Shown: positions 11,004 to 21,391 of the stretch, piece after piece | How the letters are laid out: each line of letters opens with the position of its first letter | Position numbering within the stretch: position 1 is the stretch's first letter | Assembly (NCBI GenBank): GCA_965224195.1 | Contig: OZ245040.1 | Coordinates: forward strand, 1,568,001-1,632,000 | Source: Nitrosopumilus sp. | Lineage (GTDB): Archaea > Thermoproteota > Nitrososphaeria > Nitrososphaerales > Nitrosopumilaceae | DNA length: 64,000 nt | Reading direction: 5' to 3' | Program-made: the position numbers and the translations under genes | The notes under the pieces: model-generated | Told to the model about the DNA's origin: nothing | The model's database searches: none | The model's input: the letters and a program-made list of their open reading frames with translations, nothing else

Positions 11004-12164
11004 ATGGTAAATGAGCACGTTTTGACAGTCAGTCTAGAAGAGTTTGGGTTAAGCAAGTATGAAGCACAAGCATATGTGTCATTAATTGCAAAGGGCACTA
11101 TTTCAGCAGGAGACCTTGCATATTATTCAGAGATTCCAAGGACAAAAATTTATCCAACATTATTGAAACTAGAAAATAAAAAACTAGTCATCATTTCAAA
11201 AAGTAAACCAATTATGTGTACAGCAATTGCTCCAGAAGATGCGTTTGATGGAATAATTCATGAGCAGATCAACAAAGTAAATGCCATGAACACTTTGATT
11301 TCTAATTTAAAGAAAGCAAGTGAAGAAAGTAGAAAAACTCGAGGTTCTGAAGAAAAAAGATACTTTCATTTGAGTGCAAACAATGTGTTATCACAACTAC
11401 AAACAATGATTGAAGGTTCAAAATCATCAATTAAAATTATGACTGATCAGTGGGGTTTTGGATTATTAGCTGAATGCAAAGAACAACTATTATCAGTATT
11501 ACGAAGAAATCTAGATGTCAAGGTTTTAGTAGCACCCTCTCAAATTTGTTCTGAATCATTTAGAGTAATTCCAGACGGAGTTGAAATTAGAGCATCAGAT
11601 ATTACACAAAACTGCTTCATTTTTGATGAAACTGAATTGTTAATGATAGATAACAGTAATGGCAAAGGAGCAATCTTTTCATCTACAGATATTTTGGAAA
11701 TGAACCAAGAAAAAGTATTTTCCAATATTTGGAAAAATGCAATTAAGACTAAAGCATTAGGCGACATGACAAAAACTGAGGCACAAGAAGTTTACAAAAT
11801 TATTAAAATTGTTAATGAAGCAGGTTTGTCATATTTGCTAAATTCTACAATGGTATCTAAAAAACCAGAAGCAGACATGTTCAAACTTTTGGAGAAAAAC
11901 GGTGTTTCTTTAAAATCAAAAACACTAGATGATGTGATTGAAATTATTGATGCAATAATGCAAATCACATGTTCAGGTCATGTTAATTTTGAGGCAAATA
12001 CCAAAAACATCATGATTGAATCAAAATTAAACAGCGGACATTCATTACCATGGGTGTCAATTTTAGATGGATGTCTTCAAAAACAAGGGTACAAAACAAG
12101 AACAGCATATCAAAATAATTCAAGCAAAGGCGAAAAAGTCCATATTAAAATAACTAAAAATTAG
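11004..12164 (+). CDS. TrmB-family transcriptional regulator
   Basis: LEEFGLSKYEAQAYVSL...IPRTKIYPTLLKL TrmB HTH. Confidence 0.9.
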   Translation: MVNEHVLTVSLEEFGLSKYEAQAYVSLIAKGTISAGDLAYYSEIPRTKIYPTLLKLENKKLVIISKSKPIMCTAIAPEDAFDGIIHEQINKVNAMNTLISNLKKASEESRKTRGSEEKRYFHLSANNVLSQLQTMIEGSKSSIKIMTDQWGFGLLAECKEQLLSVLRRNLDVKVLVAPSQICSESFRVIPDGVEIRASDITQNCFIFDETELLMIDNSNGKGAIFSSTDILEMNQEKVFSNIWKNAIKTKALGDMTKTEAQEVYKIIKIVNEAGLSYLLNSTMVSKKPEADMFKLLEKNGVSLKSKTLDDVIEIIDAIMQITCSGHVNFEANTKNIMIESKLNSGHSLPWVSILDGCLQKQGYKTRTAYQNNSSKGEKVHIKITKN

Positions 12165-12583
12165 AAAAAACTATTCAAATGATTTTGAATTAGTATTGGA
12201 TTTTTTCTGAGATTCTTTATAGGCAACATATGAAATAAATTCTGAGGTGCTTTGAAAAGGAGCATTTCCCAATAGATTTTTCTCAATAAATGCAGATGCC
12301 GTATTTGCTAATTTTTCACTATCAATCATTTTTGTATTCTTGTTGAATTAGTTCAATAGTCTTAGAATCAAATTTTGCAAAGCATTTGTTTAATTCTTCC
12401 TCATCTAATTCTTCATCATGATAAAGCATTATAATTATGATTTAGAGTTCAACATTCATTACAATAGTAGATTAGAAAGATGTACAAAATACTCAGTTTT
12501 CATACCATATTGTAATCAATAGGCTCCATGAGAGACAAAATTTCAGTCACCACCAATAAATAATTACAATAAAGAGATAGGCC

Positions 12584-13189
12584 ATGCAAACAATTTCAAT
12601 TGAATATATTTTAGAATGTATGAATAATGAAAAAAATTATGTTGGAGATTTATGGCAAACCTGCCTAAATAATAAAAAAAGATTCAAAAAAAGTAAGCTA
12701 AAAGAAATTTTAAAAAAAATGGAATTACTAGGCCATATTAAAAAACATGGTTACAAAGATGACGCATACTATGTAAAATATTATCATTATTCGTTTGAGG
12801 AGCATATTGGTTTTGTCAATAGCAATATTTTCACATATGAATCTAAAATAAATTCTGCAATTAAAAATTTAGAGAATAAAAGAATATTTTTAGACATATC
12901 AAAAGATCTCAGTTCACATAAATTTAGTAAATATACAAAATTAGATTATGAATCATTATTAGTCAGTATGACAGGTATGTTTGAATTAGCATCATCAATA
13001 CTATGGACTAAAGAAAATAGTGATGACAAAGAATTGAAAAAAGAATTAACAAAGTGCTTCAAGCAGATTAATGAATTCATGGAGGAAATAAATCGAAGAT
13101 TGCTTGAAGGCAGAAAAACTCAAGAAAGAATAGTATTACAACGAGAATTTACAGGTAAAATCCCAAAAGCAGGATATCTAAAAATCTAA
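12584..13189 (+). CDS. Hypothetical protein, possible N-terminal wHTH
   Basis: 201-aa very AT-rich ORF; LKEILKKMELLGHIKK. Confidence 0.6.
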   Translation: MQTISIEYILECMNNEKNYVGDLWQTCLNNKKRFKKSKLKEILKKMELLGHIKKHGYKDDAYYVKYYHYSFEEHIGFVNSNIFTYESKINSAIKNLENKRIFLDISKDLSSHKFSKYTKLDYESLLVSMTGMFELASSILWTKENSDDKELKKELTKCFKQINEFMEEINRRLLEGRKTQERIVLQREFTGKIPKAGYLKI

Positions 13190-13367
13190 AATAAATTTTC
13201 AAATATCACCAGAGACATTTACTAGATCCTCATCATAAAACGCCTCTAGTGACAATTATTAGGGAATTTTTCACATATACAAAATCTTCTAATTATTTTG
13301 AATTTAGAAAAAACTCATGAGATAAATTCTAAATACTAAAATCAGACATAAATTAAGCATCATAATC

Positions 13368-13823
13368 ATGATTGAAGAAAAACTTGAATCCATAGGAATC
13401 AAACTTCCAAATCCACCTACACCTGCAGGATCATATGTTCCCGTTATACGTACAGGGAATTTGTTATTTATCTCAGGTCAAATTCCAATGGAAGATGGAA
13501 AAGTAATCTTTACAGAAAAAGTTTCAGATAATAATTTAGAAACAGCTCAAAAATCTGCTAGAATGTGTGCAATTAACATTATTGCTCAAATTAAAAGAGA
13601 ACTTGGAAGCTTGGACAAAGTTACAAAAATTGTAAAACTTTCAGGATTTGTAAATTCTATGCCAGAGTTTACACAACATCCCAAAGTTATCAATTCCGCA
13701 TCAGATTTACTCTTTGAGATATTTGGTGAAAAAGGAAAACATGCCAGAGTTGCAGTTGGTGTATCTTGTCTACCATTGGATTCAATGACAGAAATAGATG
13801 CAATTGTAGAGTTTTCAGAATAA
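13368..13823 (+). CDS. RidA/YjgF family protein
   Basis: LFISGQIP, GKHARVAVGV and EIDAIVE motifs. Confidence 0.9.
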   Translation: MIEEKLESIGIKLPNPPTPAGSYVPVIRTGNLLFISGQIPMEDGKVIFTEKVSDNNLETAQKSARMCAINIIAQIKRELGSLDKVTKIVKLSGFVNSMPEFTQHPKVINSASDLLFEIFGEKGKHARVAVGVSCLPLDSMTEIDAIVEFSE

Positions 13824-13868
13824 TCAATTTGGAAATTTTCTTAAATAGATTTTTGTCTTTTTGAATTC

Positions 13869-14066
13869 ATGGTACAGATGTGTCGTGGATTATGTGAACG
13901 GCTAAAATCGACATCATTTACAAACAATCTACGATATAAAATTGGACAAAAATGGTGTTCTCTATGTGCGTTATTTTTCTTTACTGAAGAAAATACATGC
14001 CCATGTTGTAAAACAAGACTTAGAACAAAAGCTAGGAGTAAAAAACATGAATTGCCCAGAATGTAA
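13869..14066 (+). CDS. Small Cys-rich (zinc-binding) protein
   Basis: CRGLC...CSLC...CPCCKTRLRTK pattern typical of small thaumarchaeal proteins. Confidence 0.7.
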   Translation: MVQMCRGLCERLKSTSFTNNLRYKIGQKWCSLCALFFFTEENTCPCCKTRLRTKARSKKHELPRM

Positions 14067-14271
14067 TCATGAAAAAGACAAATGTGAATGCCTATGCTGT
14101 TGTTCAATTTCAAAAATTGGTTGTGTTTATTGCATACTGCCAGTATTAGGATACAGACAGATTAAGAAAATTATAAGAAATAGAAAAAAGATAGAAAATT
14201 GAATCTAAAGATAAGAACATTACTACACATTTGTAGAAACAATTCATATATGCTAAAAATTTAGTGAAAAC

Positions 14272-14630
14272 ATGCTCAAGATTTCATTGATGATGTTATT
14301 TGCAATATCAATGGTACAGATATCACACTAATTGTCAGTTCGCCAGTTGGAAATCTAATCACAATTGATCAAGTGACACCTGGAATATACGGTGATTTTG
14401 AAGTAGAACTCAAAGTTGGAGGCCCAATGTGGAAAGTAGATGGAATGTATACAATCACAGTAAATCAAGGAGCAGCCTCAGAGCATAAAGAATCAATTCA
14501 AGTAGAAATTAAAGACGGAGTTGTAGTTCCAGAATTTGGCGTCATAGCATCATTAATTTTGGCAATTTCAATTATTACAATAATTGCTGTTTCTGCAAAG
14601 TCTAGGCTTGCGATATTACCTAGATATTAA
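14272..14630 (+). pseudogene. Internally deleted PEFG-CTERM surface protein
   Basis: Signal-like start MLKISLMMLFAISM at 14272 joins out of frame to ...SPVGNLITIDQVTPG...VVPEFGVIASLILAISII...PRY. Confidence 0.65.
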
Positions 14631-14654
14631 TTTCAGAATAGAAATTACAGCATT

Positions 14655-15023
14655 ATGTTTAGTTTAGACGAAATAAAATCAGAAAAATACATTTCACTTG
14701 AAACGTATAGAAAAAATGGTCAATCAGTTAAATCACCAGTATGGTTTGTTATTGAAAATAATTTGTTATACGTTATCACACGAAGTCAAACAGGGAAAGT
14801 AAAACGTCTTAAAAATAATCTCCAAGTAAAATTTGCATTATGTACCATGAAAGGTAAAATTACAGGAGAGTGGATTTCAGGTACTGCAAAAATTTTAGAT
14901 GAAAAGCATACTAAGGATGCAATAAAAATGAGAGATAAGAAATATGGCTTTATGGCAAAAATAGCAAAATTAGTTAGTAAGAGTAAGGGAGATTTTTTTG
15001 CATTCTCAATTAAAACAAATTAA
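14655..15023 (+). CDS. PPOX-class F420-dependent oxidoreductase
   Basis: YISLETYRKNG..V.SPVWF...GKVKRLKNN. Confidence 0.85.
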   Translation: MFSLDEIKSEKYISLETYRKNGQSVKSPVWFVIENNLLYVITRSQTGKVKRLKNNLQVKFALCTMKGKITGEWISGTAKILDEKHTKDAIKMRDKKYGFMAKIAKLVSKSKGDFFAFSIKTN

Positions 15024-15498
15024 ATGATTTTTGCAATTTTAATTCTCTTCTTAGTTTGAATGCAGTTAGTCCTGCAAAACCAAAAATTATAATCAGACCA
15101 ACATAGGACAACACCTGACTGTACTCTATCAAAACTGCAGAAACTCCTGTTCCAACAACACTTGGAAGTAAAGATAAGGCATACAACCACCATCCACAGC
15201 AACCAAGAGGGACTAGAGAGAAAAACGAAAAGAAAGATGTTGCAGCTGTGCTTCCAGTATTTCCTCCAAAAGCTTTTTTCTTGACAGATAGTTTACAACC
15301 CAACATTTTACTTTTCTCAGAAAGAAAAACTTGCAAGCCAATCCCAATACCCATCCCAAGAATTACAATTGAATTTAGTTGAAGCGCTGCATTGATTGCG
15401 GCAAGTGGCTCTAATGCAGGAGTTGTAATTACAACTACTGAAAGATATACAATTACAGTGATAATTCCAACAAGAGTTGCTTTTTGAAGAGGTTTCAT
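15010..15498 (-). CDS. Membrane protein with GCC motif
   Basis: Four hydrophobic segments; the ATG at 15498 overlaps the upstream stop. Confidence 0.7.
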   Translation of the reverse strand: MKPLQKATLVGIITVIVYLSVVVITTPALEPLAAINAALQLNSIVILGMGIGIGLQVFLSEKSKMLGCKLSVKKKAFGGNTGSTAATSFFSFFSLVPLGCCGWWLYALSLLPSVVGTGVSAVLIEYSQVLSYVGLIIIFGFAGLTAFKLRRELKLQKSFNLF

Positions 15499-16607
15499 CA
15501 AGATGCACCAAAAATCAAGGTTTGAGGATGAAATGCCACCCATTCAAACCAAAATCCAGGCTCAATTGGGAGTCTTTCCAGTTGTTTCCCATGGTAAGTT
15601 CCAGATATAGATAATCCATCATAACTCCATTCAGAATTAGTTTGAGAATCAAATATTTTTCCATTTTCATAAGCAAAATCTAAAATATTGTCATCAACTA
15701 TTCTTACAAAGGCTCGAGAATTTTCAGAGTATAATGAAATTAACATTACAGGAGTATTACCAATAGAATCGTTAATTATTATTTTAGATTCAATATCATT
15801 TTGTTTGTAAGCTTTGTAAATATCATCTTGATTAAATCCAATTATAATTTCTTTTGGAGATAGTCTATCATCACTATGTTCTACTGGAAACATGATTCGC
15901 GGTTCTGTGTAATAATTTCCATAAGGATCAGTTGCATACGAACGAATGTGGCCAGTATCAGTAGTTAACACTACAGTTTCAGGGTGAAGTTTTTCCCAAT
16001 CTCCCCAAGTTATTACATCAAATGGAATTAAATTTAGTTCATATCCTGTTAATTCTCCTTTAACGGCAATCCCAAGAGCTTGACTCCAATAAGATTCAGT
16101 ATACCTATCATACATCAACAAATTACTGTTGTATAATTTTCCAGAAGTTCCAAACTCAACTTCTTGCCCATCTATTACTCTCTCAAAAACTTGATTGGTG
16201 TAACATAAAGGACAATATGTAACAGATACAGGAACACCACCTACATAATCATTGACAATTTCATGCCAAACTAAAATAAAGATAGGGTATGCTTTTGCCT
16301 CACCATTAATTTCCAAACCAATTACAGTATCAGAACTAGACATAAAACGAGAATCTTGTATTTCTGCAAATTTAGGATTATCAATTGATGGAATTCCATC
16401 TTTTGGTGGCCCTCCTCCTTTAATTTTATCAAGAGGAATACTGTGTTTGATGCCATTTGTCTCCATTATTTGCAATTCAGCAGCCTCAAAATCAATTACA
16501 GAAGTAGTTGGAATAGAATTTTCGTCATTGAATATTTGAAATGAAATTAACAAGATTGCAATTACAACCCCAATTATTATCATGGGTGCAAGAACCTTTA
16601 GATCCAA
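15498..16607 (-). CDS. DUF3179-family exported protein
   Basis: GGPPKDGIPSID, WHEIVND, TYCPLC, FGTSGKLYNSNLLMYDR and FWFEW motifs. Confidence 0.85.
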   Translation of the reverse strand: MDLKVLAPMIIIGVVIAILLISFQIFNDENSIPTTSVIDFEAAELQIMETNGIKHSIPLDKIKGGGPPKDGIPSIDNPKFAEIQDSRFMSSSDTVIGLEINGEAKAYPIFILVWHEIVNDYVGGVPVSVTYCPLCYTNQVFERVIDGQEVEFGTSGKLYNSNLLMYDRYTESYWSQALGIAVKGELTGYELNLIPFDVITWGDWEKLHPETVVLTTDTGHIRSYATDPYGNYYTEPRIMFPVEHSDDRLSPKEIIIGFNQDDIYKAYKQNDIESKIIINDSIGNTPVMLISLYSENSRAFVRIVDDNILDFAYENGKIFDSQTNSEWSYDGLSISGTYHGKQLERLPIEPGFWFEWVAFHPQTLIFGAS

Positions 16608-16704
16608 TTTTAAATAATTTTAGTCATCAAATTATTAAAAAATTGTTCCAACTTTATTTTTAATTTGGGCAAACCCTTTTAATAAATTTCAAAAGCGTTT
16701 ATCC

Positions 16705-17126
16705 ATGAATGCAGAAGCAAGTCTAAAAGAGAATGTATTACATGATATTACCCACTGGGGACTCAGAGCATCAATTGGGGCCATATTCATAGTTCATAGT
16801 TTGAAGAAATTTGATCCTAGCTGGCAAGAGTGGTTAATGAGTATTGGAATTCCACCAGAGATGCAATTACCAATTGCTTTAGCGGAATTAATTGGCGGAA
16901 TTTTGTTGGTGGTAAAGTACTTACTAGAGTTACGGGTTCGATATTTGCAGTAATTTTACTTGGTGCAATATTTCACATTAGATGGGAAAACGGATTTTTT
17001 GTTTCTCAAGGAGGATGGGAATGGGATCTTGTAATGTTAGCTGCTGTTCTTCTAATCATTGTCGCAGGGCCAGGGCGAATATCAATTGCACACTTGGTGA
17101 AAAGAATCCCTAGAGCATTACAGTAA
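16705..17126 (+). pseudogene. DoxX-family membrane protein, frameshifted near 16914
   Basis: Two overlapping ORFs join into one DoxX (LRASIGAIFIVH...ELIGGILL / LTRV...GGWEWDLVML...GPGRISI). Could be a sequencing error. Confidence 0.75.
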
Positions 17127-18254
17127 TTATTTAATTTTTTTATTTAATTCTGTAATGAATTTTTTTATTTTTGGTTTTGGAACAACTGCTCCACATGCTT
17201 TATCATGTCCACCACCAGAACCACCAAGACTAGTTGCCAAAAGATTAACAATTTTACCCAAGTGAACCTTACAATCCTTTGAACCTCTAACAGATACAGC
17301 ATAGATACCATGATTAACTCGTTCTTTGTAAGCAACACCAACATTTTTCCCAGATAATCCCATAACAAAATTAACTGCACCACTTGCACCAGCATCTAAA
17401 ATTTCCATATGACCAAGATTACTCATTGTTTTTAGTCCTACCTTTACTTTGGCAATCATTTGAGATAGTTTTTCCACTTGAATTTGTGCAAATTCAAAGG
17501 TGTTTGGAATAGCATGTGGGAATTTAGAGTCTGCTAATTCTTCAACTAAATATTGTAAATAATCAGGTTCTCTTTGGCGTCCTACAATATTGTAAGTCAA
17601 AACAGTAGCACTGATTAATGCAAATTGTCGGTCATAGATTTGTAGTAATTTTGCACCAAGTGGCCTAGTTTCCATATAATCGGTGATTGCAGCACATGTT
17701 GCAATAAAAGATGCATGATCGTTGAGTTTTGATTTGAATGCAGTATAAGTTAGAACTGCAGTGCATTCATTGATATCATGAATTACTTTGACTTTGATTT
17801 TGTTTAATGCCTTTACAACATTAGGATCAATATCATGATGATCAATGTAAGTAACTGAAACTTTATTTTTTCTCAAAGTTGTCAATATATCGATAAACTC
17901 ATCTTGTGTTTTTTTGCTTAATCCTAAATCACAAATAAATAATGATTTTAATTTTTCATCTGAAACTACTTGGTTTAATGCCTCCATTTGTCCAGGATAA
18001 TCAACCAACATAGCATCACCGCCAAATGCTTGACGAATTAATGCTGCAGAGCTAATACCATCACAATCTTCTTTATGAGAAATACAAATTACTTTGGTAC
18101 GTTTTGATTTGGTTACTTTTTTAGCTGCTGTTTTTTTGGTTACTTTTTTAGCTGCTGTTTTTTTGGTTACTTTTTTAGCTGCTGTTTTTTTGGTTACTTT
18201 TTTAGCTGCTGTTTTTTTGGTTTTAGGAGATACCAATACAGATTCAAAAATCAC
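17127..18254 (-). CDS. DHH/DHHA1-family phosphoesterase with Lys-rich N-terminal tail
   Basis: SHKEDCDG, IDHH, GSGGGHDKACGA motifs; N-terminal KKTAAKKVT repeats. Confidence 0.9.
   Translation of the reverse strand: MIFESVLVSPKTKKTAAKKVTKKTAAKKVTKKTAAKKVTKKTAAKKVTKSKRTKVICISHKEDCDGISSAALIRQAFGGDAMLVDYPGQMEALNQVVSDEKLKSLFICDLGLSKKTQDEFIDILTTLRKNKVSVTYIDHHDIDPNVVKALNKIKVKVIHDINECTAVLTYTAFKSKLNDHASFIATCAAITDYMETRPLGAKLLQIYDRQFALISATVLTYNIVGRQREPDYLQYLVEELADSKFPHAIPNTFEFAQIQVEKLSQMIAKVKVGLKTMSNLGHMEILDAGASGAVNFVMGLSGKNVGVAYKERVNHGIYAVSVRGSKDCKVHLGKIVNLLATSLGGSGGGHDKACGAVVPKPKIKKFITELNKKIK
18109..18220. repeat. 27-bp coding tandem repeat, about 4 copies (KKTAAKKVT)
   Basis: ttggttacttttttagctgctgttttt repeated. 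Confidence 0.9.
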
Positions 18255-18283
18255 AAACCCTCATTTAAATGAAGAATGTAAAA

Positions 18284-18499
18284 TTAAGATTTTCTAAAAA
18301 GCTTTTTGATACTTTGGTTTACCAACGAACTTGAATCAAGATATACATCGTACAGGGATAGTCCTTCCATTTGGGTTTGATTATCAATTTCTTGAATTTT
18401 TTTTAGTTCTTCAGATGAGGCATTCAGTACCAAGTCATCTAATTTTTTCAAATGTTCTCGCTCTTTCGGAGTCATTAAATTTTGATTAAAAATAACCAT
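18284..18499 (-). CDS. Hypothetical protein
   Basis: Short ORF in an intergenic slot with plausible composition. Confidence 0.55.
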   Translation of the reverse strand: MVIFNQNLMTPKEREHLKKLDDLVLNASSEELKKIQEIDNQTQMEGLSLYDVYLDSSSLVNQSIKKLFRKS

Positions 18500-18592
18500 T
18501 TATGACCAAAAGTTGCCATATTAGACTAATTACTAAACTTCATAGACATGTTTTTGGAGAAAATATAATAAAAGATTTTCAGTAGGCTCATT

Positions 18593-19756
18593 GTGGAGAC
18601 AAAAAATATCGGTCTACGAGGTATTGAAGTTGCAGATACCAGAATTTCCAACATAGATGGTGAAAAAGGAAAGCTCATTTATCGTGGATTTGACATTTTA
18701 GATCTTACAAAGAATTCTACATTTGAAGAAACATCATATCTTTTACTTTATGACAAATTACCAACAAAAAACCAATTAGATGAATTTAATGCAAAATTAG
18801 TCGATGCAAGATACATTCCAAAACAAATGCAAAAAAACATGGGGAATTGGAGAAAGGATGCAGATCCAATGGATATGCTTCAAGCATTTGTATCTGCACT
18901 TGCAGGGTATTATGATGAAGAATTTTCAAACAAAGATGCAAGTTATGATAAAGCAATTAATCTCATTGCAAAAGTACCCACCATTGTTGCCAGTTGGCAT
19001 AGAATAAGAAATGGATTAGAACCAGTAGAACCTGATTCGTCACTTAGTCATGCTGCAAATTTTCTATACATGATGTTTGGGGAAAAGCCAGATAAAGAAG
19101 TTGAAAAAATATTTGACGTTTGTCTAATTCTTCATGCTGATCATACATTCAACGCATCTACTTTTACAGCTAGACAAGTTGCATCAACGAGAGCACACAT
19201 GTATTCAGCATCAAGTGCTGCAATTGGAGCACTAAGTGGAGAACTACACGGAGGAGCAAATACAGAAGTAATGAAAATGCTCTTAGAAATTGCAGAATTA
19301 GATAATGTAGAAGGATGGATTAAGGAAAAAATGGAAGTAGGAGATAAGATTATGGGAATGGGTCATGCAGTATACAAAACTTATGATCCACGAGCACAAG
19401 TGTTAAAAGAACTGTCTAGAAAATTAGCAGAAAAAACTAAAGACCCATGGTTTGACATTACAGAAAAAGTAGAAACTGCAACTATTTCTGAAATGAAATC
19501 CCAAAAAGACAGAGACATTTATCCAAACGTAGACCTGTACAGTGCATCATTATATTACATGTTAAAAATTCCAATGGATCTCAACACCCCAATCTTTGCG
19601 ATTTCAAGAGTGGTAGGATGGGCAGCTCACATCATTGAAGAAAAATTTGCAGAGGCTGCACCTAAACCAGCATTGTACAGACCAAAGGCCACATATGTTG
19701 GAAAATATTGCGGACCTCAAGGTTGTGAATATCAAACATTAAACTTGAGAAAATAA
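18593..19756 (+). CDS. gltA: Citrate synthase
   Basis: GKLIYRG, HADHTFNASTF, LHGGAN, GMGHAVY and YPNVDLYS motifs. Confidence 0.95.
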   Translation: METKNIGLRGIEVADTRISNIDGEKGKLIYRGFDILDLTKNSTFEETSYLLLYDKLPTKNQLDEFNAKLVDARYIPKQMQKNMGNWRKDADPMDMLQAFVSALAGYYDEEFSNKDASYDKAINLIAKVPTIVASWHRIRNGLEPVEPDSSLSHAANFLYMMFGEKPDKEVEKIFDVCLILHADHTFNASTFTARQVASTRAHMYSASSAAIGALSGELHGGANTEVMKMLLEIAELDNVEGWIKEKMEVGDKIMGMGHAVYKTYDPRAQVLKELSRKLAEKTKDPWFDITEKVETATISEMKSQKDRDIYPNVDLYSASLYYMLKIPMDLNTPIFAISRVVGWAAHIIEEKFAEAAPKPALYRPKATYVGKYCGPQGCEYQTLNLRK

Positions 19757-19758
19757 AA

Positions 19759-19965
19759 TTAATTTCTTGTACTTAACCAATCTTTAGCTTTTGAATTGAC
19801 ATCATGTTTGTACAATACTTCAAAAACCATATCATAGAATGTGATACCTTTTTTCTGGGCCTGATCATCAAGCCACTTTATCCCATCTGCTAATTCTGGA
19901 TCATATTCTGAGAATTCAACTAACTCATCTACCATTTTCGAGAAAAAGGCGTGAGATTCAAGCAT
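19759..19965 (-). CDS. Small hypothetical protein
   Basis: MLESHAFFSKMVDELVEFSEYDPELADGIKW...; likely start is the second Met. Confidence 0.65.
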   Translation of the reverse strand: MLESHAFFSKMVDELVEFSEYDPELADGIKWLDDQAQKKGITFYDMVFEVLYKHDVNSKAKDWLSTRN

Positions 19966-20041
19966 ATGTACACCTTTCAATCTATGATCATAAGTAGGGG
20001 ATTTAAAATATATTAACAAAAGACCCCTTTTTGGTTGACAA

Positions 20042-20452
20042 TTGGACCATGTTTTTTATTCTGATGGAAATGCAAAGAGGATTTCTTGGATAATTCAAAC
20101 AAATGATTCAGTCATTGAGCAAAATAGAGAGCATGTAGATATTTACAGAAATAAAATTTCAAATTTACAATCAAAATATGTGGCGTTACATATTGGATTA
20201 TTTTGGGGAATAGGAGTATTCAAAATTAAAAATAAAGAGGTTGTCAAAATAAAGTTAGATGGAAAAACAATGTTTGATCAGCTTAGTACAGACCTAGAAA
20301 TAGATGATAAATTTATTGCAAATCGAATTAAATTCATCAACCAATTAACTAAACAAAAAAAGTTAAAGATTCAATTTGAATTGATTAAACAAAAAGATAA
20401 CTTGGCAAATAAAAAACTAGAAGCAAAAGAGCTTAAGACCAAAAACGGATAG
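20042..20452 (+). CDS. RNase H-like fold hypothetical protein
   Basis: FYSDG...KYVALHIGL...NLA pattern, degenerate. Confidence 0.55.
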   Translation: MDHVFYSDGNAKRISWIIQTNDSVIEQNREHVDIYRNKISNLQSKYVALHIGLFWGIGVFKIKNKEVVKIKLDGKTMFDQLSTDLEIDDKFIANRIKFINQLTKQKKLKIQFELIKQKDNLANKKLEAKELKTKNG

Positions 20453-20669
20453 TTACTTGGTGAGAGCTCAATCGCAGTTTGTGATTATGCTTAGCACTAG
20501 ATGAGTAAAAAAAGATTTGTTCATTAACAACACTTCACATTCAATTAGAGCGATCTTATGAAATTTTCAATAGATAATCAACAATATTGAAAATATTTCA
20601 ACAATAATGAATTTCATGAAGGTAAGTTTTTAAAAATACCCATTTGTGACGATTAGATTTATTTAGAAC

Positions 20670-21371
20670 ATGATAAGTTTTGAATTAATTATGGCAGGTA
20701 TAGACAAGGCAGCAATAGTATTCTCAATTGCAATCGCACTAGTAGGTGTAGGAATTGCAGTTGCAGGAAGCGCTGCAGATAATGCTCCAACATACACTGC
20801 TCCAGCAGTTACAAAAGAAATGTCAGAACCAGAAACTCAAAATGAGTCATTTGGTGCAGGCATTGCTGAGAAAGTAAAATCTGGGGATAATATGATGGAG
20901 AAAGAAACTGTACTGGAAGAAGAACTCAACATGGTAGAAACTCATGAAGAAGAACTCAACATGGTAGAAACTCATGAAGAAGAACTCAACATGGTAGAAA
21001 CTCATGAAGAAGAACTCAACATAGTAGAAACTCATGAAGAAGAAACCATGATGGAAGAACCAGTAGGACCAACAACTCACACAGTTGATATTCCAACAGG
21101 TACTTCAGTTCCAGGATGTGAAGAAAGTAATGTATGCTACTCACCAGCAGATATCATAATCAATGCTGGAGATACAGTAGAATGGATTAACGTCGACACA
21201 GCAGCACACACAGTAACTGGTGGCAGTCCAGCTGATGGCCCATCTGGCGTATTTGATAGCAGTCTAGTCATGGTAGATGCAGTTTATGCATTTACATTTG
21301 ATGACGCAGGCAATTACGATTACTTCTGTATGGTTCATCCATGGATGGTCGGTAGTGTTACAGTGAACTAA
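20670..21371 (+). CDS. Membrane-anchored plastocyanin/azurin-family blue copper protein
   Basis: N-terminal hydrophobic anchor; GDTVEWIN, HTVT and YFCMVHPWMVG copper ligands. Confidence 0.92.
   Translation: MISFELIMAGIDKAAIVFSIAIALVGVGIAVAGSAADNAPTYTAPAVTKEMSEPETQNESFGAGIAEKVKSGDNMMEKETVLEEELNMVETHEEELNMVETHEEELNMVETHEEELNIVETHEEETMMEEPVGPTTHTVDIPTGTSVPGCEESNVCYSPADIIINAGDTVEWINVDTAAHTVTGGSPADGPSGVFDSSLVMVDAVYAFTFDDAGNYDYFCMVHPWMVGSVTVN
20916..21044. repeat. 30-bp coding tandem repeat x4 (EEELNMVETH)
   Basis: gaagaagaactcaacatggtagaaactcat repeated. Confidence 0.9.
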
Positions 21372-21391
21372 CTAAAATTTTTCCTTTTTTC

